This document shows, in pieces, positions 12,871 through 25,390 of a stretch of DNA of 64,000 bases. The notes under the pieces are model-generated. The model saw only the letters and a list, made by a program, of their open reading frames with translations. It had not been told where the DNA came from and did not search any database. Numbering within the stretch: position 1 is the stretch's first letter; every line of letters begins with the position of its first letter. The translations under genes and the position numbers were made by a program. The DNA comes from Felis catus (taxonomy: Eukaryota): assembly GCF_018350175.1 (NCBI RefSeq), contig NC_058368.1:62126001-62190000 (forward strand), given 5' to 3'.

Positions 12871-12891
12871 AAGTTTAACATTAGTGTTAGC

Positions 12892-13108
12892 TTTTTCTTT
12901 CTTTTTTTTTTAAGTTATTTATTTATAAATAGAGAGAGAAACCATGTGAGTGGGGGAGGGGCAGAAAGAGAGAGAGAATCCCAAGCAGGCTCTGTGCTGT
13001 CAGCTCAGAGTCTGTCACAGGGCTCAATCTCACAAACCAGGAGATTATGACTTGAGCCAAAATCATCAATAGCCAGGAACTCAACTGACTGAGCCACCCA
13101 GGCACCCC
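12892..13108 (-). mobile_element. CanSINE
   Basis: T tail, ttatttatt, (GA)n tract, ends gagccacccaggcacccc. Confidence 0.93.
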
Positions 13109-13542
13109 AATGAAATAATCTTCTTAAAATATATCATTATGGAAGAGTTCTATCAATAAGATAGTACAATAATATTTTGAAATTACCTATAATTTAAAAT
13201 TAAACAAAAAATTCAAAGTGAGATGAGCTCATGTCTGTAACAAGGTGAGACAGAAATAAAGCATTAAATAAAAACAAGATTTAAAATACCTGGATCATCA
13301 ATAAATGTACGCCAGGATAGTAGAATTATGGATTATATATTTATATTTTCCACTTTCCAGAAATGTATTTAAAGTCTAAATTAATAAATAAAACATTCAA
13401 ACTAAATCAATTTTTCAACTCACACTAAATTAAAAATTCCTTTAAAATACTGGGAGTTAGATATCAAATTCAAAACTTCCTTCAGTATTGATTTCACTCA
13501 TGTGGAAACATCTAAGTAAGTGAGGCCAGGATAAGAAATTTT

Positions 13543-13603
13543 ATCTATCTATCATCTATCTATCTATCTATCTATCAATCATCTATCACCTATCTATCTA
13601 TCT
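13543..13603. repeat. (TATC)n imperfect tetranucleotide microsatellite
   Basis: Direct reading. Confidence 0.9.
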
Positions 13604-13795
13604 TTGGCTTCTAAAGAACTGAGATTTATTTCTCACAGTTCTGGAGGACTGACATCTGAAATTAGGATCCCAGCATGGTCAGATTCTTATGAGGGCCCTC
13701 TTGAATGTGCACACTGATGACTTCTCATTGTACCCTCACACGCTAGAGACACGGCTAACTTGTTCTCTGGTGGAGGCAGCTGCCTCTTCTCTTTC
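13604..13795 (-). mobile_element. MaLR LTR (MLT1A-like), part 1
   Basis: atttatttctcacagttctggagg...ggtcagattcttatgagggccctc. Confidence 0.8.
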
Positions 13796-13802
13796 TTACA
13801 CT

Positions 13803-13920
13803 CTCCTCCTCCTCCTCCTCCTCCTCCTCCTCCTCCTCCTCCTCCCCCTACCCCTCCCCTTCCTTCTCCCCCTTCCTCTTCTTCCTCCTCCCCTTCTTCT
13901 TCTTCTTCTTCTTCTTCCCC
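13803..13920. repeat. (CCT)n/(CTT)n polypyrimidine compound repeat
   Basis: Direct reading; lies where the tail of the minus-strand L1 fragment would be. Confidence 0.95.
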
Positions 13921-14057
13921 AGCTTTACTGAGATACAATTGACCCAACATATTATATAAGTTTAAGGTGTACAGCTATTGATTTGATGTATTTATATGTA
14001 GCAAACTTATTACCGCTAGCATTAGAAACCAAATCCATCCCATTACATAGTTAACAG

Positions 14058-14099
<42 letters not shown>

Positions 14100-14240
14100 T
14101 AAGAACAATAATGTCTCTTCTCCCCAACATTCAAGTGTATGGTACAATATTATTAGTTATAATAACCATGCTGTACATTAGATCCCCAAACTTGCTAATC
14201 TTATACTGCGAGCTTGTATACTCTGTCTAAGATCTAGCTT
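13921..14240 (-). mobile_element. Old L1 (L1MA/MB-like) 3'-terminal fragment, containing (TG)n at ~14059-14098
   Basis: agctttactgagatacaattgac...gtttaaggtgtaca...ctgtacattagatcccca. Confidence 0.8.
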
Positions 14241-14242
14241 CT

Positions 14243-14413
14243 TTCCCACTTTTTATGGCTCCATTCCCATTTTCATGGCGCTATTCCCATTTTTCATGGC
14301 TCCACCCTCATGATCTGATTATCACTCAATGGGTCCACTTCTGAAAACCATCATAATAGGATTAGGGTTTCTTTCAACATATATATTTCAGAACGCACAA
14401 TCAGTTCATTGCA
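14243..14413 (-). mobile_element. MaLR LTR (MLT1A-like), part 2
   Basis: ggctccaccctcatgatctgattatcac...aaaaccatcata...tttcaacatatatattt...cagttcattgca. Confidence 0.7.
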
Positions 14414-14755
14414 AACTTTGAGGTACAGATTTTACCTCACATGTCTAGAAATGTATTTTTGGATCTGTAGGATTCATTGTAGATATGTGGCTTAGGTTCT
14501 TGCTATATATTATTTGCTCCTTAGAACATCTGGTGAGGAAATTAGGGCAGATGAAATCTCATGCAATATCAGTTTCTCTTTCTCTCCCTCTATCTCTCAG
14601 ACATTGAGAATAAAATGCTTTGTCCAATATCACACAAGTGGAATATTGAAAAGCCAGAATTGTAACCCAAGATTCCTAAGATTCTTGATTTTAAGTTAAG
14701 TGTTATTTCTAATATACTGTATTGACTTCTTGTGATTTTAAAAATCTCTATTAGA

Positions 14756-14970
14756 GGGGCTCCTGGTTGGCGCAGTCGGATAAGCGTCCGACTTCAGCTC
14801 AGGTCATGATCTCAAGGTTCATGGGTTTGAGCCCCGCATCAGGCTCTGTGCTGACAGCTTGGAGCCTGGAGCCTGCTTCGGATTCTGGGTCTCCTTCTCT
14901 CTCTGCCCCTCCCCTGCTCACGCTCTGTCTCTCTCTCAAAAATAAATAAACATTAAAATTTTTTTAAATA
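14756..14970 (+). mobile_element. CanSINE (SINEC_Fc2-like)
   Basis: ggggctcctggttggcgcagtcgg head, agcctggagcctgcttcggattc, aataaataaacattaaaa; no clear TSD. Confidence 0.95.
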
Positions 14971-14972
14971 AA

Positions 14973-15299
14973 TTTTAGATTCTGTGTGTGAGACCCTATG
15001 GTATTTGTCTCTGTTGACTTATTTCACTTACTGTTGTGCTATCAAGGTTTATTCATATTGTCACAAATGGCAAGACTTCTTTCTTTTTAATGGATGAATA
15101 ATATGCCACTGTGTGTATGTATGTCACAATTTCTTTATCCATTCATCCATCAATCGACACTTAGATTATTGTTTATCTTGGCTATTGTAAGTAATGCTGC
15201 ATGAACATCGAAGTGCATATATCTCTCCAAGTTAAAGTTTTCTTTCTTTATTTCTTTTCTTTCTTTCAAGTTAAAGTTTTCTTTCTCTTTCTTTCTTTT

Positions 15300-15363
<64 letters not shown>

Positions 15364-15905
15364 TTTTTCTTTCTTTCGAGGCATAAATACCCAGAAGAAG
15401 AATTGCTGGATCGTATGATAGTTCTATTTAAGATATTTTACAGAACTTCCATGATGTTTTCTACAGTGGATGCACCAATTCTCATTCTCACAAAGAGTAC
15501 ACAAGGGTTGTTTTTTTACACATTCTCACCAGCACTTGTTATTTCTTATACTTTTGGTAATAGCATACTAATGTGTGAGGCAATACCTCAGTGTGCTTTG
15601 GATTTTCATTTCACTGATGATTAGTGATGTTGAACATTTTTTCATTGGACTGATAGCTATCTGTATGCCTTCTTTGGAGAAATGTTAATTCAGATTTTTT
15701 TGTCCATTTTAAAATCAGATTACTTGTTTTCTTGCTGTTGAATTCTATGAGCTTTATATATTTTGGACATTAATCCTTTATAAAGATTTGATTTACAAAT
15801 ATTTCCCCCTATTTGGTAGGTTGCCTTTTCATTTTTTTGATGGTTTGCTTTCATATAGAAGATTTTTAGTTGGATGTTTTTGTTTATTTTTGTTTTTGTT
15901 GCTGT
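14973..15905 (-). mobile_element. Old L1 ORF2 end / 3'UTR fragment with (TTTC)n expansion at ~15286-15376
   Basis: ttatccattcatccatcaat...ggctattgtaagtaatgctgcatgaacat...tgatgattagtgatgttgaacatttttt. Confidence 0.88.
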
Positions 15906-16100
15906 GGAAATAATTTTTAAGAAATAAAAATCTGAATGTTGAAACTGAATTAATACTTTTTGGATATGTTAGGGTGAAATTATTCCTGGCTCAACTTTAT
16001 AAATTTATGATATAAATTTATAAAAATAAATTTATACTTTATAAATTGGGTTTGAGTTAAAATTGTCTGATGTCCTTCTCTCCCATTCTCTCTCACACAT

Positions 16101-16102
<2 letters not shown>

Positions 16103-16137
<35 letters not shown>
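16103..16137. repeat. (CA)n microsatellite
   Basis: Direct reading. Confidence 0.95.
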
Positions 16138-16139
<2 letters not shown>

Positions 16140-18728
16140 TTTTCCCCCTTATAATTTCATGAAATCTTCTAACTTTTCTATTCATTGTGGTTACCTATTT
16201 GCCTCATAGTGGGTCTGGGATATAGACTTCTTCTGAGATATTTCCATCTAGTTTTTATATTTCAACTCTAGCTCAAAATGAACTTCCCTCCAGGAATCAT
16301 GATCCCAAGTGTAATGCATTCCATACACGCTTCACAAATATAAGCCATTAATACCTATAGAAACCTGTGCCATTGAACCTTGCATGATTTTATGATAACA
16401 TGATATTTTTTTGAGCTGGGTTGAGTATATACACATAACAGAGTGAAAAACAGTCAGTTGATGAGTGAAAGATGGAGACTGTGGACTGCATGTCCAAGGT
16501 TGCTTTAATGAGTCAAATATCGCCAGATTACATAATAACAACATATTTGGAAAATTATAAACAAAACATGTAGAAGTTAGAAAAAATGTTTAATATTTGT
16601 TAAAAATATTTTCAAAATCAGTAAAGAGGTGAAATTAGGTTGAAATATGCCAAACATTTTATTACAGAAAAGGTGAAAGTAATATGATTGCAAATAATTA
16701 TTTATGTATACCTGTGAGTGATCAGTGATCCCTTAAATATGTCTATATTTAGATTATATAGTCAAAATGATGGGCTACATTGCAAAACATTATTTAGTTA
16801 GTTATTTTTGTTAATCATACTCAGAATAAATATTGTAACACAACCCAAAGGAGTATATCACAATTAAATTGTATAAGTGTACTGTGTTCTGATTCAAAAG
16901 GAATAGGAAAAATGTCCTTTATGTAAAGAACTTTCAATCTATAATATCAGTAGTATAGAAGAACAGGAGACAGATGCATATAACTAGATTACTACAACAG
17001 GTAGAGAAAAATACGTAGGTATTCTAAGAGAATACAGAGAAGAGAACTTAACCCATCTTCAGTGCTAAACTCTTTGACAAGTGGCTGTCTGTAGATGCTA
17101 GAGTATAAATTTGATTTACATAAATCCATTTTCAAGGAGTTTGTTCATTTTGGACCATCAAGGTCATTGAGTTGAACAAGATGTTAACTTGGTAGGTTAC
17201 AGGCCATATATAACAGTGATCAATTCCACATAACTGTGTCAAGTGAGGACACAACTGTGAATGGTATTAGTTGCAGTTAATACAGTACTATGAAATGTGA
17301 GAACTGCTTACACTTCATAATAGATTATAATTCTATATTTTTATTATATAAAATTTTATTATAGTTAGAAATTTCCCCATGGTTTGTTAGAATCAATATA
17401 TATTATGTGTATGAGTGGGTGTTTACTTTTATGGACTCAAGGACCACATTGTCCAAAAATAACTCTCTGGAATTACTTTCTTAAGAAAATTATCATTATG
17501 CTCTCTAGCTTGCTATTATTCTGAAGAACATTATGCAGAAAATTGTCCTATCCATTTCATGGATATTATGAATAATTGGAATCTAACCAACAATAACAAT
17601 GATTTCCATAGAAATTTTGTGTAATAGACTGGTAAGAACTAAATTGACCCACTTTCAGCTTATGTCATGTGTGGCCAATGCCTTCCAGTGTTCTGTATTA
17701 GCAAATTTTAATAAGGCCAAATGTGATGCTCTGTTGCAATATTCAACTAACTGATAGGGCATTTTAAACACAGCCTAGCTTAATAATATTTAGCCCAGCA
17801 GCCAGTATTCTACAAGTGCTGTGCCAGAGAACTTTCTAATCCAGGATGCTTCCACCAGATGGTATTCATCCTACCATATGTTTCAATGCCTAGATAAGCA
17901 TAATGGTACAATGCCTGCTACTTAATCCAATAGTGAAATTGCGTGAATTAATACATGCTGAGGGTAAATGATAGAAGTAAAGTAATAAATATGGGAAGAG
18001 GGTAATAAAATCAGCTGACAAATAATGCCATTAATTTTTTTCTACTCTATGCTTCTCTATTTAGGGGAAACAAGATTGAAAATATAAATTAGGATTAGTG
18101 GTTAACATTTTGTGCTTTGTTAACTTCTATAACATTATACATGTCTTTAAGGACTCAGCAACTAAATTTTTCAATGTATAAAATTAAGACAGATATAGAT
18201 TATGACTAATTTAAAATATTACTAATGCCTTAAATCTTACAAAGTTTCTGAGTTTCCTTAGCCAAGGCCTTCCAGTGTCTGACATGGCCACTTCTTCTCT
18301 ATAACAAAATTAACCCTGGGTTTTCATCATTTTTTCTAAAAATTTTACAGCTAGTAAAGTACATTTTTTCCATCACTAATACGCTGGCTATTGCAAGGAA
18401 CTCATAATATTCTAGTTAGAGATAATTACTCAATAAAATTTTTATAACAGAGTGAAATAATTTTATTATGAAAGAAAGATTTTACTATACAAAATAGTTG
18501 CAAGTTAGTAAAACACATATCTGGTTTAATATCTCATAATAATCTCATATGTGCCTTCTCTTGTTTATTCTCAAACAGCAGAAGGTACTCATACAAAATA
18601 ATATTTATTTTCCATAGAGGATAATGCGTTTGAATTTTTCAAGCCACTTTCTTTCAAAAGTCCTTTTTTCAGCCAATGTCATGTCTTTGCATGTAAGTTA
18701 ACCTTGAATCATAAATATATTCACTCAA

Positions 18729-18915
18729 GGGTGCCTGTGTGGCTCAGTCATTTGAACACCTGACTCTTGATTTCCATTTAGGTCATGACCCCAGGGTTAT
18801 GGGATCAGGCCCCACGTGGGGCTCCACGCTGAGTGTGGGGCCTGCTTGGGATTCTCTTTCCCTTTTTCTTTGCCCCTCGTCCATTCGCACTTTTTCTCTC
18901 AAATATAAATACATT
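18729..18915 (+). mobile_element. Older CanSINE
   Basis: gggtgcctgtgtggctcagtc...cctgcttgggattctc. Confidence 0.9.
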
Positions 18916-19823
18916 TATTAATTCACTGAAAAATGACATCAGCAAAATGATAGAGTAAGAGATCCCATCCTTCGTTTCCTCACAGAAAGCAGCAATTACA
19001 CAGCTATGCACAAGTGAAAATAGCTTTGTGGGAGCACAGGAGACAAGTTAAGAAGGTACAGCAACATGGTGTAGTGAAAAAATGGAGAATCACTGCACAG
19101 AAAGGGTAGGAAGAACAGTTTCACTTGACCTGCATCACCCCACCCCACAGGCCAGCACAGCTCACTGGCAAGAGGAACTCCCAAACCCAGAAGTGCCCCC
19201 CATGGGGAGGAGAGCCAGACAGGTGAGCATCCAGCTTCCTAGTGTGGGCCTGCAATCTGCACTCCACAGTGGCTCTATGAGTGCCCCCGCACAAAAATCC
19301 ACTGTCACAGTGGGCTCACCTGCTCCCTGAATAGTGCAGCCACTGCTGCAGTGAGCATGCCTGCATGCCGGACCCGGGGGTAAGAAGAACACCTTTGGTC
19401 ATGGTTTTCCCCCATAGTGGAAAAAGAGAACAAAAGGACCCTAACAGTTCATCACTGAGAACCCCAATAGCCCTCACTGCCATGTGGACACCCACAGCTT
19501 TGGCTGCTGATGACCTGCACCATTTTGCCAATGCTGAACTCAGCTGATTGATCCACATGGAGACTATGCCACTGTCCCTCCCCAGAGCTGGAACCACTGC
19601 ACCTCACCCAGCTGCCACCCTTCCACCCACACATAGGGGAAGGTTTTTGTAATCATTCTATAAAGTCTGGAAGAGGTAACTTATTTCTCAAATGCATAGA
19701 CACCAATTCAAGGCTATAAAAACATGAAAATCAGGAAAACATGACACCACCAATGAAACACAATTTTCTGAAGAAATGGAGATCTCCAAGTTCCCCAACA
19801 AAGAATTTTTAAAAATCATCTTA

Positions 19824-19945
19824 GGGACCCCCAGGTGGCTTAGTCGATTGAGCATCCAACTCTTGATTTCCACTTAGGTCATGATCCTGGGTTCATGCAA
19901 TTGAGCCCATGTCAGGCTCTGCACTGAGCGAGGAGCCTGCTTAAG

Positions 19946-19985
<40 letters not shown>

Positions 19986-20019
19986 CCACCTGCATTTTTT
20001 CTCTCTAAAAAATTAAATT
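19824..20019 (+). mobile_element. CanSINE nested in L1 ORF1
   Basis: gggacccccaggtggcttagtcg head, (CT)n; degenerate TSD aaaaatca(tc/aa)tta. Confidence 0.92.
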
Positions 20020-20692
20020 AAAAATCAAATTAAAGAAGCTCAATGAAAAAGACAATTATTTCAAAGAAGCTCAATGAGCAAGAAAAACGAAGCTGGAAGT
20101 GTCACATTCCTTTCTTCAAAATATACGACATAGCTACAGTAATCATGAGAGTATACTGTTGGTATAAAAACAGGAATATAAAGCCCAGAAATAAATCCAT
20201 GTATTTATGGACAAGTAATGTTTGACAAGAGCACCAGGTACACACGACTGGGGAAAGGATAGCTTCTTCAATAATTGGTGCTGGGGAAGCTGGATATCAC
20301 ATGCCAAAGGATGAATTACATTCTTATGTCATGCCACATACAAAACTCATCTCAAAACAGATTAAAGACCTAAACATTACATATAGCACTATAACATTTT
20401 TACAAGAAAGCATAAGGAAAAAGCCTCCTGATATTGGTCTGGGCAATGATTTTTTGGGTATGACACCAATAGTATAGCTAACAAAAGCAAAAATTGATAA
20501 ATTGGATTGGATCAAGTTTCTGTAAAGCAAATGAGTAACCAGCAGAGTGAAAAAGCAACATACAGAATGGGAGAAAACATATTCAAGCCATATGTCTGAT
20601 AAGAGATTATTATCCAAAATATATATGGAACTCATACAACTCAGTAGCAAAAGAAACAAATCACCCGATTAAAAAATGGACAAAGGACCTGA

Positions 20693-20811
20693 TATGGATG
20701 GAGCTATGTTAAATGAAATAAGTCAGACAAAGAAAGAAAAATACCAATGATTTCACTCACATGTGGAATATAAGATACAATACAGACAACAAAGGGGAAA
20801 AAAAGAGAGAG

Positions 20812-20843
<32 letters not shown>

Positions 20844-21061
20844 CAAGAAACAGGCTTAACTATAGAGAACAAATTAATGGTTACCAGAGGGGAGTGGAGG
20901 GGGTATGGGTGAAATAGGTGATGGGGATTAAGGGGTGAACTTGTCCTGATGAGCCTCTGGTGTTGTATAGAAACTTGAATCACTGTATCGTATACCTGAA
21001 ACTAATATCACACTGTATGTTAACTAACTGGTGTTGGAATAAAAACTAAAAAAAAAAAAAA
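20693..21061 (+). mobile_element. Carnivore L1 3'-end fragment nested in the older L1
   Basis: gaaataagtcagacaaagaaag...tatacctgaaactaatatcacactgtatgttaactaactgg then poly(A); host L1 resumes afterwards. Confidence 0.82.
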
Positions 21062-24000
21062 GACATAAAAAGATATAAAAAAAAGACAACAGGAAAAAGT
21101 AAAAAGTCTCCTCAATTATGAGGAAATGCAAATCCAAATCACAATGAGATATCACTTCACACAAGTTGGGATGGCCATTATGAGAAAGACAAGGGGTAAC
21201 AAATGTTGCTGAAGATATAGAGAAAAAGAAATCACTTGTATATGGTCGGTAGAAATGTAAATTGGTATAACCATGATAGAAAACCATATGGAGATTCATC
21301 AAAATATTTAAATAGAATTATCATATGATAACCATCCATTTCTGGGTATATATCCAAAGGAGAATATGTAATCAGTATCTTGAATAGATACCTGCACTCC
21401 CATGTTCATTTCAGCATTAATAACAGCCAAGATATGGAAACAATCTAAATGTCTGTCAATGGATGAATGGATAAATAAAATGTAATACACACACACCCAG
21501 AAATATTATTCAACCTTAAGAAAGGAAAACCTGCTATTGGCAACAAAATAGATGTACCTGGAGGATATCGTCCCAAGTGAAGTAAGTCAGACCCAGAAAG
21601 ATAAATACTGCATGATCTCACTTGTATGTGGAATCTAAAAATGTCAAAATCATAGAAACAGTGAGTAGAATATTGTTTACCATGGGCTAGGGAAAGAGGG
21701 ATATGGGCAGATGTTAGTCAATACGAAGTTTCAATTAAGCAAGATAAAAAATTGTGGAGGTCTAATGTACAATAGTTTGACTATATCAAATCATCAAATT
21801 GTGCACTTTAAATATATATAATTTTTAATTGTTAACTATACCTCAATAAAGTTGGAAAAATAAAATAAAAATAAATAAACGTATTGGCCAATTATAAGTG
21901 AAGATATATTATCATTATAATTAATTATTATTATATATTTTGCCAACATATAATTTATGAGATTCTGAGACTATTCCGTAACACAGATCACTATTTTATG
22001 TAGGTAGATACTATGCTTATCATTTCATGATATTGTAAAATCATATTTTCAGAAATATTCAGTCCATACTGCATCCTTTCATTTTATTTCATTCATCTTT
22101 CATTAAAGAAACGACAAACTTATGATTAACATGTAAATCAGAAACAAAATCAGCACACTTTTAGGGTGACTTTTATAAAAATATTAAATGTACTTTTCAG
22201 CAAGAGAGTTTGTCATAGTAAACGTGATACTCTTTCAACTATGGTAGTTATTTGCAAGCTGTGAAACATTAATATCAAATATTCAAAGGAGACTTTTCAC
22301 AGCTGCCAAGTTAATCTCTACTAAACCTAAATTCTGTTCATATAACCATGTAATCTGCTCAATAACCATGATTTGCTCCCCTGTTGCTTACCAAATTAAT
22401 TAAAACTGAGACATTTTGGTATTTAAGACTGGAGACCATATGCCCTCAATCTGCCCTTCTCATATTCTCTATCATAGTTCCTCTAAATTGTAGTATATAT
22501 TTTAGCTAATGTAGGGTACTTATCAACTATAGTCCATGAACTCTGGGCTTGCCTACATTTGAGTGTCTTTGGGTTGTTCTCTCTTTCCATTGGAAGTTCC
22601 CTTGCCATCATAAACCGCCAATAGAAATCCCTCAAAAAATATCTTAAATGTTAGATCCAGAAAAGCTCTGTTATCCTACACATGCAATGTAACTTTCTCT
22701 CAAGGAGACTTTTGATAGTTGCTGTTCTGCTATGGCATGGGCTGGCATAAATTTACACTGTATTTCATTCTACAACTTTCATTCTCTGTACTCCAACACA
22801 CTATTCTATTGGATGCCTAATTAATTATAACTAAATAAATCCATCTGAACTTTCAACCACAACTTTCTACTCTAGGTCAATTCTATGTGGCCAACCTAGC
22901 TGACTCTTCATGACTGGCTGCATGTGTCAATGAGATAGTGCATCCATCATTCTCTCTCTCTCTTGAGATTGTAGATTAATATTTAACTCTGAAGTTCCCC
23001 TTCATTAGCTGGATGTCTTCCTCCTTTTTCTAGTTCTTGTATCTGATATCTCCCATAGAATCCAAGATTTCCTCTTTGATTTACAACTCAAAGGATACTG
23101 ATATATCATTGCTTAGACTCTCATAGCCTGATATAATCTCATGACTTAAACTTGCTGTATATATATGTAAACCTGCATTAGATGAACGTATTTTATTATC
23201 TCTTGGTGGATTTGTTCAACTGATGAATTTTCTTTTAAAAAAGGATTATCTTCCAACTCTGACCAGTTCTACCTCTCTAACCTTTAGTACTTCATTTAAT
23301 TCCTTCTAGAGAATTCATGTATCTCAGTATCCACCATGCCTAGAGTTTCACCAAACACAACAGCGGATTTCAACTGAGAGGCCGTTTATTTATCCTTCAC
23401 TTTAGTGGGAACATCTATGTAAAAGATATTTTATAAGGACATAGCACCCTGGAACAAGTTCATATTAAGCTGACATTCCTTGGGATGACACAAGCACTAC
23501 TTCTCTTTGGGAATTGGTTGTATTAGAATCCACATCTGTGTTGCTATAGGGTTGCTCTAACTTCTCCTTACTTTAGTGGGTGAACAAACTGTGTAATGCT
23601 GAAAAAGTCATGTAGACAGTGTTACAATCTCCTTGCCACTGCTACTAAAATGATTTTCACCAACCCTTTTCCCTGACCTACTTGGATAGCTCCTACTGGA
23701 TTTTCAGGATTTGGTTAATTATCATCTCCTCTAAGAGTTCTCCTTGACAATTTCATTTTAAGAATCTGCCTACACATTTTCATCATGGTAATCTATATTA
23801 TTTATTCATCAGATTCATCACATCCTGAAATTAATTGTTCATATATTTATTCACATGTAAGTATTCAAAGATTATTACTTAAATAAATAGAAAAGCTGAC
23901 CATTATGCTATCATTGTAAATACTGTTCTGTAACAGGTTGTTAATTCTGTCTAGGAAAGAGAAATACTGGGGAAATCCTTGGAAAGATGGTAGGCATTAA

Positions 24001-24144
24001 AATTTGGCCCCAAAATGGGTAAAATTTGTTCCATGTAGATAATATTTTTAAATACTATTTGTACTGGAACTGACTTTATATGTAAGGGCTGTGATATAGT
24101 GCTCTTTTGACATTTTATATGATTTATTAATCACTTTTAAAGAA

Positions 24145-24353
24145 TTTTTTAATGTTTATTTACTTTTGAGAGAGAGAGAGAACATGCACTAGCAGGGAAG
24201 GGGCAGAGAGAGGGAGAGATAGAGAGAGAGATGATCAAAGCAAGCTCTGTGCTGACAGCAGCAAGCCCGGTGTGGGGCTTGAATTCACGAATCATGAGAT
24301 CATGACCTTAGCTAAAGTAGGTCGCTTAAGCACCTGAGCCACCCAGGCACTCC
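24145..24353 (-). mobile_element. CanSINE
   Basis: ttttttaatgtttattt...gagccacccaggcactcc. Confidence 0.93.
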
Positions 24354-25307
24354 TCAAGAAATATTTTTTATAAATGCTTTTATAAATGTTCCTTTTGAAT
24401 TCTTAGTAAGTTTGCAAATATGAAATCTATTTTGGGTTCTTTAATCTTATCATAACAGAGTGATCCAATATCACTACAAATTTACATTTTTAATTTTAAA
24501 CCTGTCCAGTTATTTTTATGATTTTTGTATTCTATGTATCCTTTAAACATTTTATCACATTTTAAATATTTAACATTAGCAGAATAAAGAGTAAATAGAT
24601 TCAAACTAAAGTTAAATTTCTGAACTCGTTCTCCTATTCAGAAGCAGTAATTCTCTCATCATTTCATGTCTGCTTCTATTTTTATTGGTCTGTTTTTTTA
24701 TCTCTAGCTTTGATGATCACTAGAAGTCTTTGCCACACTTTTGTCCTACTTTGTAATTACTTCAGACAAACTGCAGCTCTAATAAAATAATCTGTTTTCT
24801 TCTCTTCCCCCCTCTTGCTTCCACCGTGTTCAGCTCCTCCACTGTCTAAGATTAGAGGTCAATGTCATTTCTAAATCTAAGATCACCCATTCTATTTCAC
24901 ATAGCAGGGCTTCTTTCACTTTGTCTGTAGCCATTATTTTTCTCAATATCCAGTTAAAGAAACAGAAATATAATGCCCATGCTTTTATCACATTTTTATA
25001 TATTTTGAAACTATCACTCAGTTCCTGGCAAATTCTTATCGCAGCCTTTGACTTGCTGTCAGTGTTTTTCCTCACCGTGGTCAGATTTTTAAAAATTAAT
25101 TTTGGTCAGTATCAATTTTGACAAAGATCTTTCAAATGGAAGTGTTTTTTTTTTCTTAAGGTAACATATAGGGATGCCCATGCTGTGTGATGAATAATAA
25201 GTTATTTTTTGCAACATGCACACACACACATACACACACATTCACTCACTATTTTAATTTTCTTTATATATATTCCATGATTACAACCAAGAGGGAATGT
25301 AAAAATT

Positions 25308-25390
25308 AGAGCCTGCTTGAAATTCTCTCTCTCTCTGCCTCTGCTCCTCAATCCAGCTCACACTGTCTCAGAAAAAATTAAAAGAAGAAA
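25308..25390 (+). mobile_element. 5'-truncated CanSINE fragment
   Basis: agagcctgcttgaaattctctctctctctgcctctgctcc followed by A-rich tail. Confidence 0.7.

Larger units (their letters stand above)
18930..21880 (+). mobile_element. Old L1 with 5'UTR, ORF1 start, large internal deletion, ORF2 3' end and 3'UTR; hosts a nested SINE and a nested L1 fragment
   Basis: GC-rich 5'UTR-like 18930-19680; ORF1-start-like aaaatcaggaaaacatgacaccacca; late ORF2 (agctggaagtgtcacattcc...) from ~20090; terminus cctcaataaagttggaaaaataaa. Confidence 0.8.

Noticed and set aside
13687..13950. ORFs with poly-Glu/Gly, poly-Pro/Ser or poly-Leu
   Set aside because: Translations of the (CCT)n/(CTT)n repeat and MLT sequence, not a gene
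15995..16046. Repeated tttataaatttat with partial self-complementarity
   Set aside because: Low-complexity AT sequence; short imperfect arms are expected by chance
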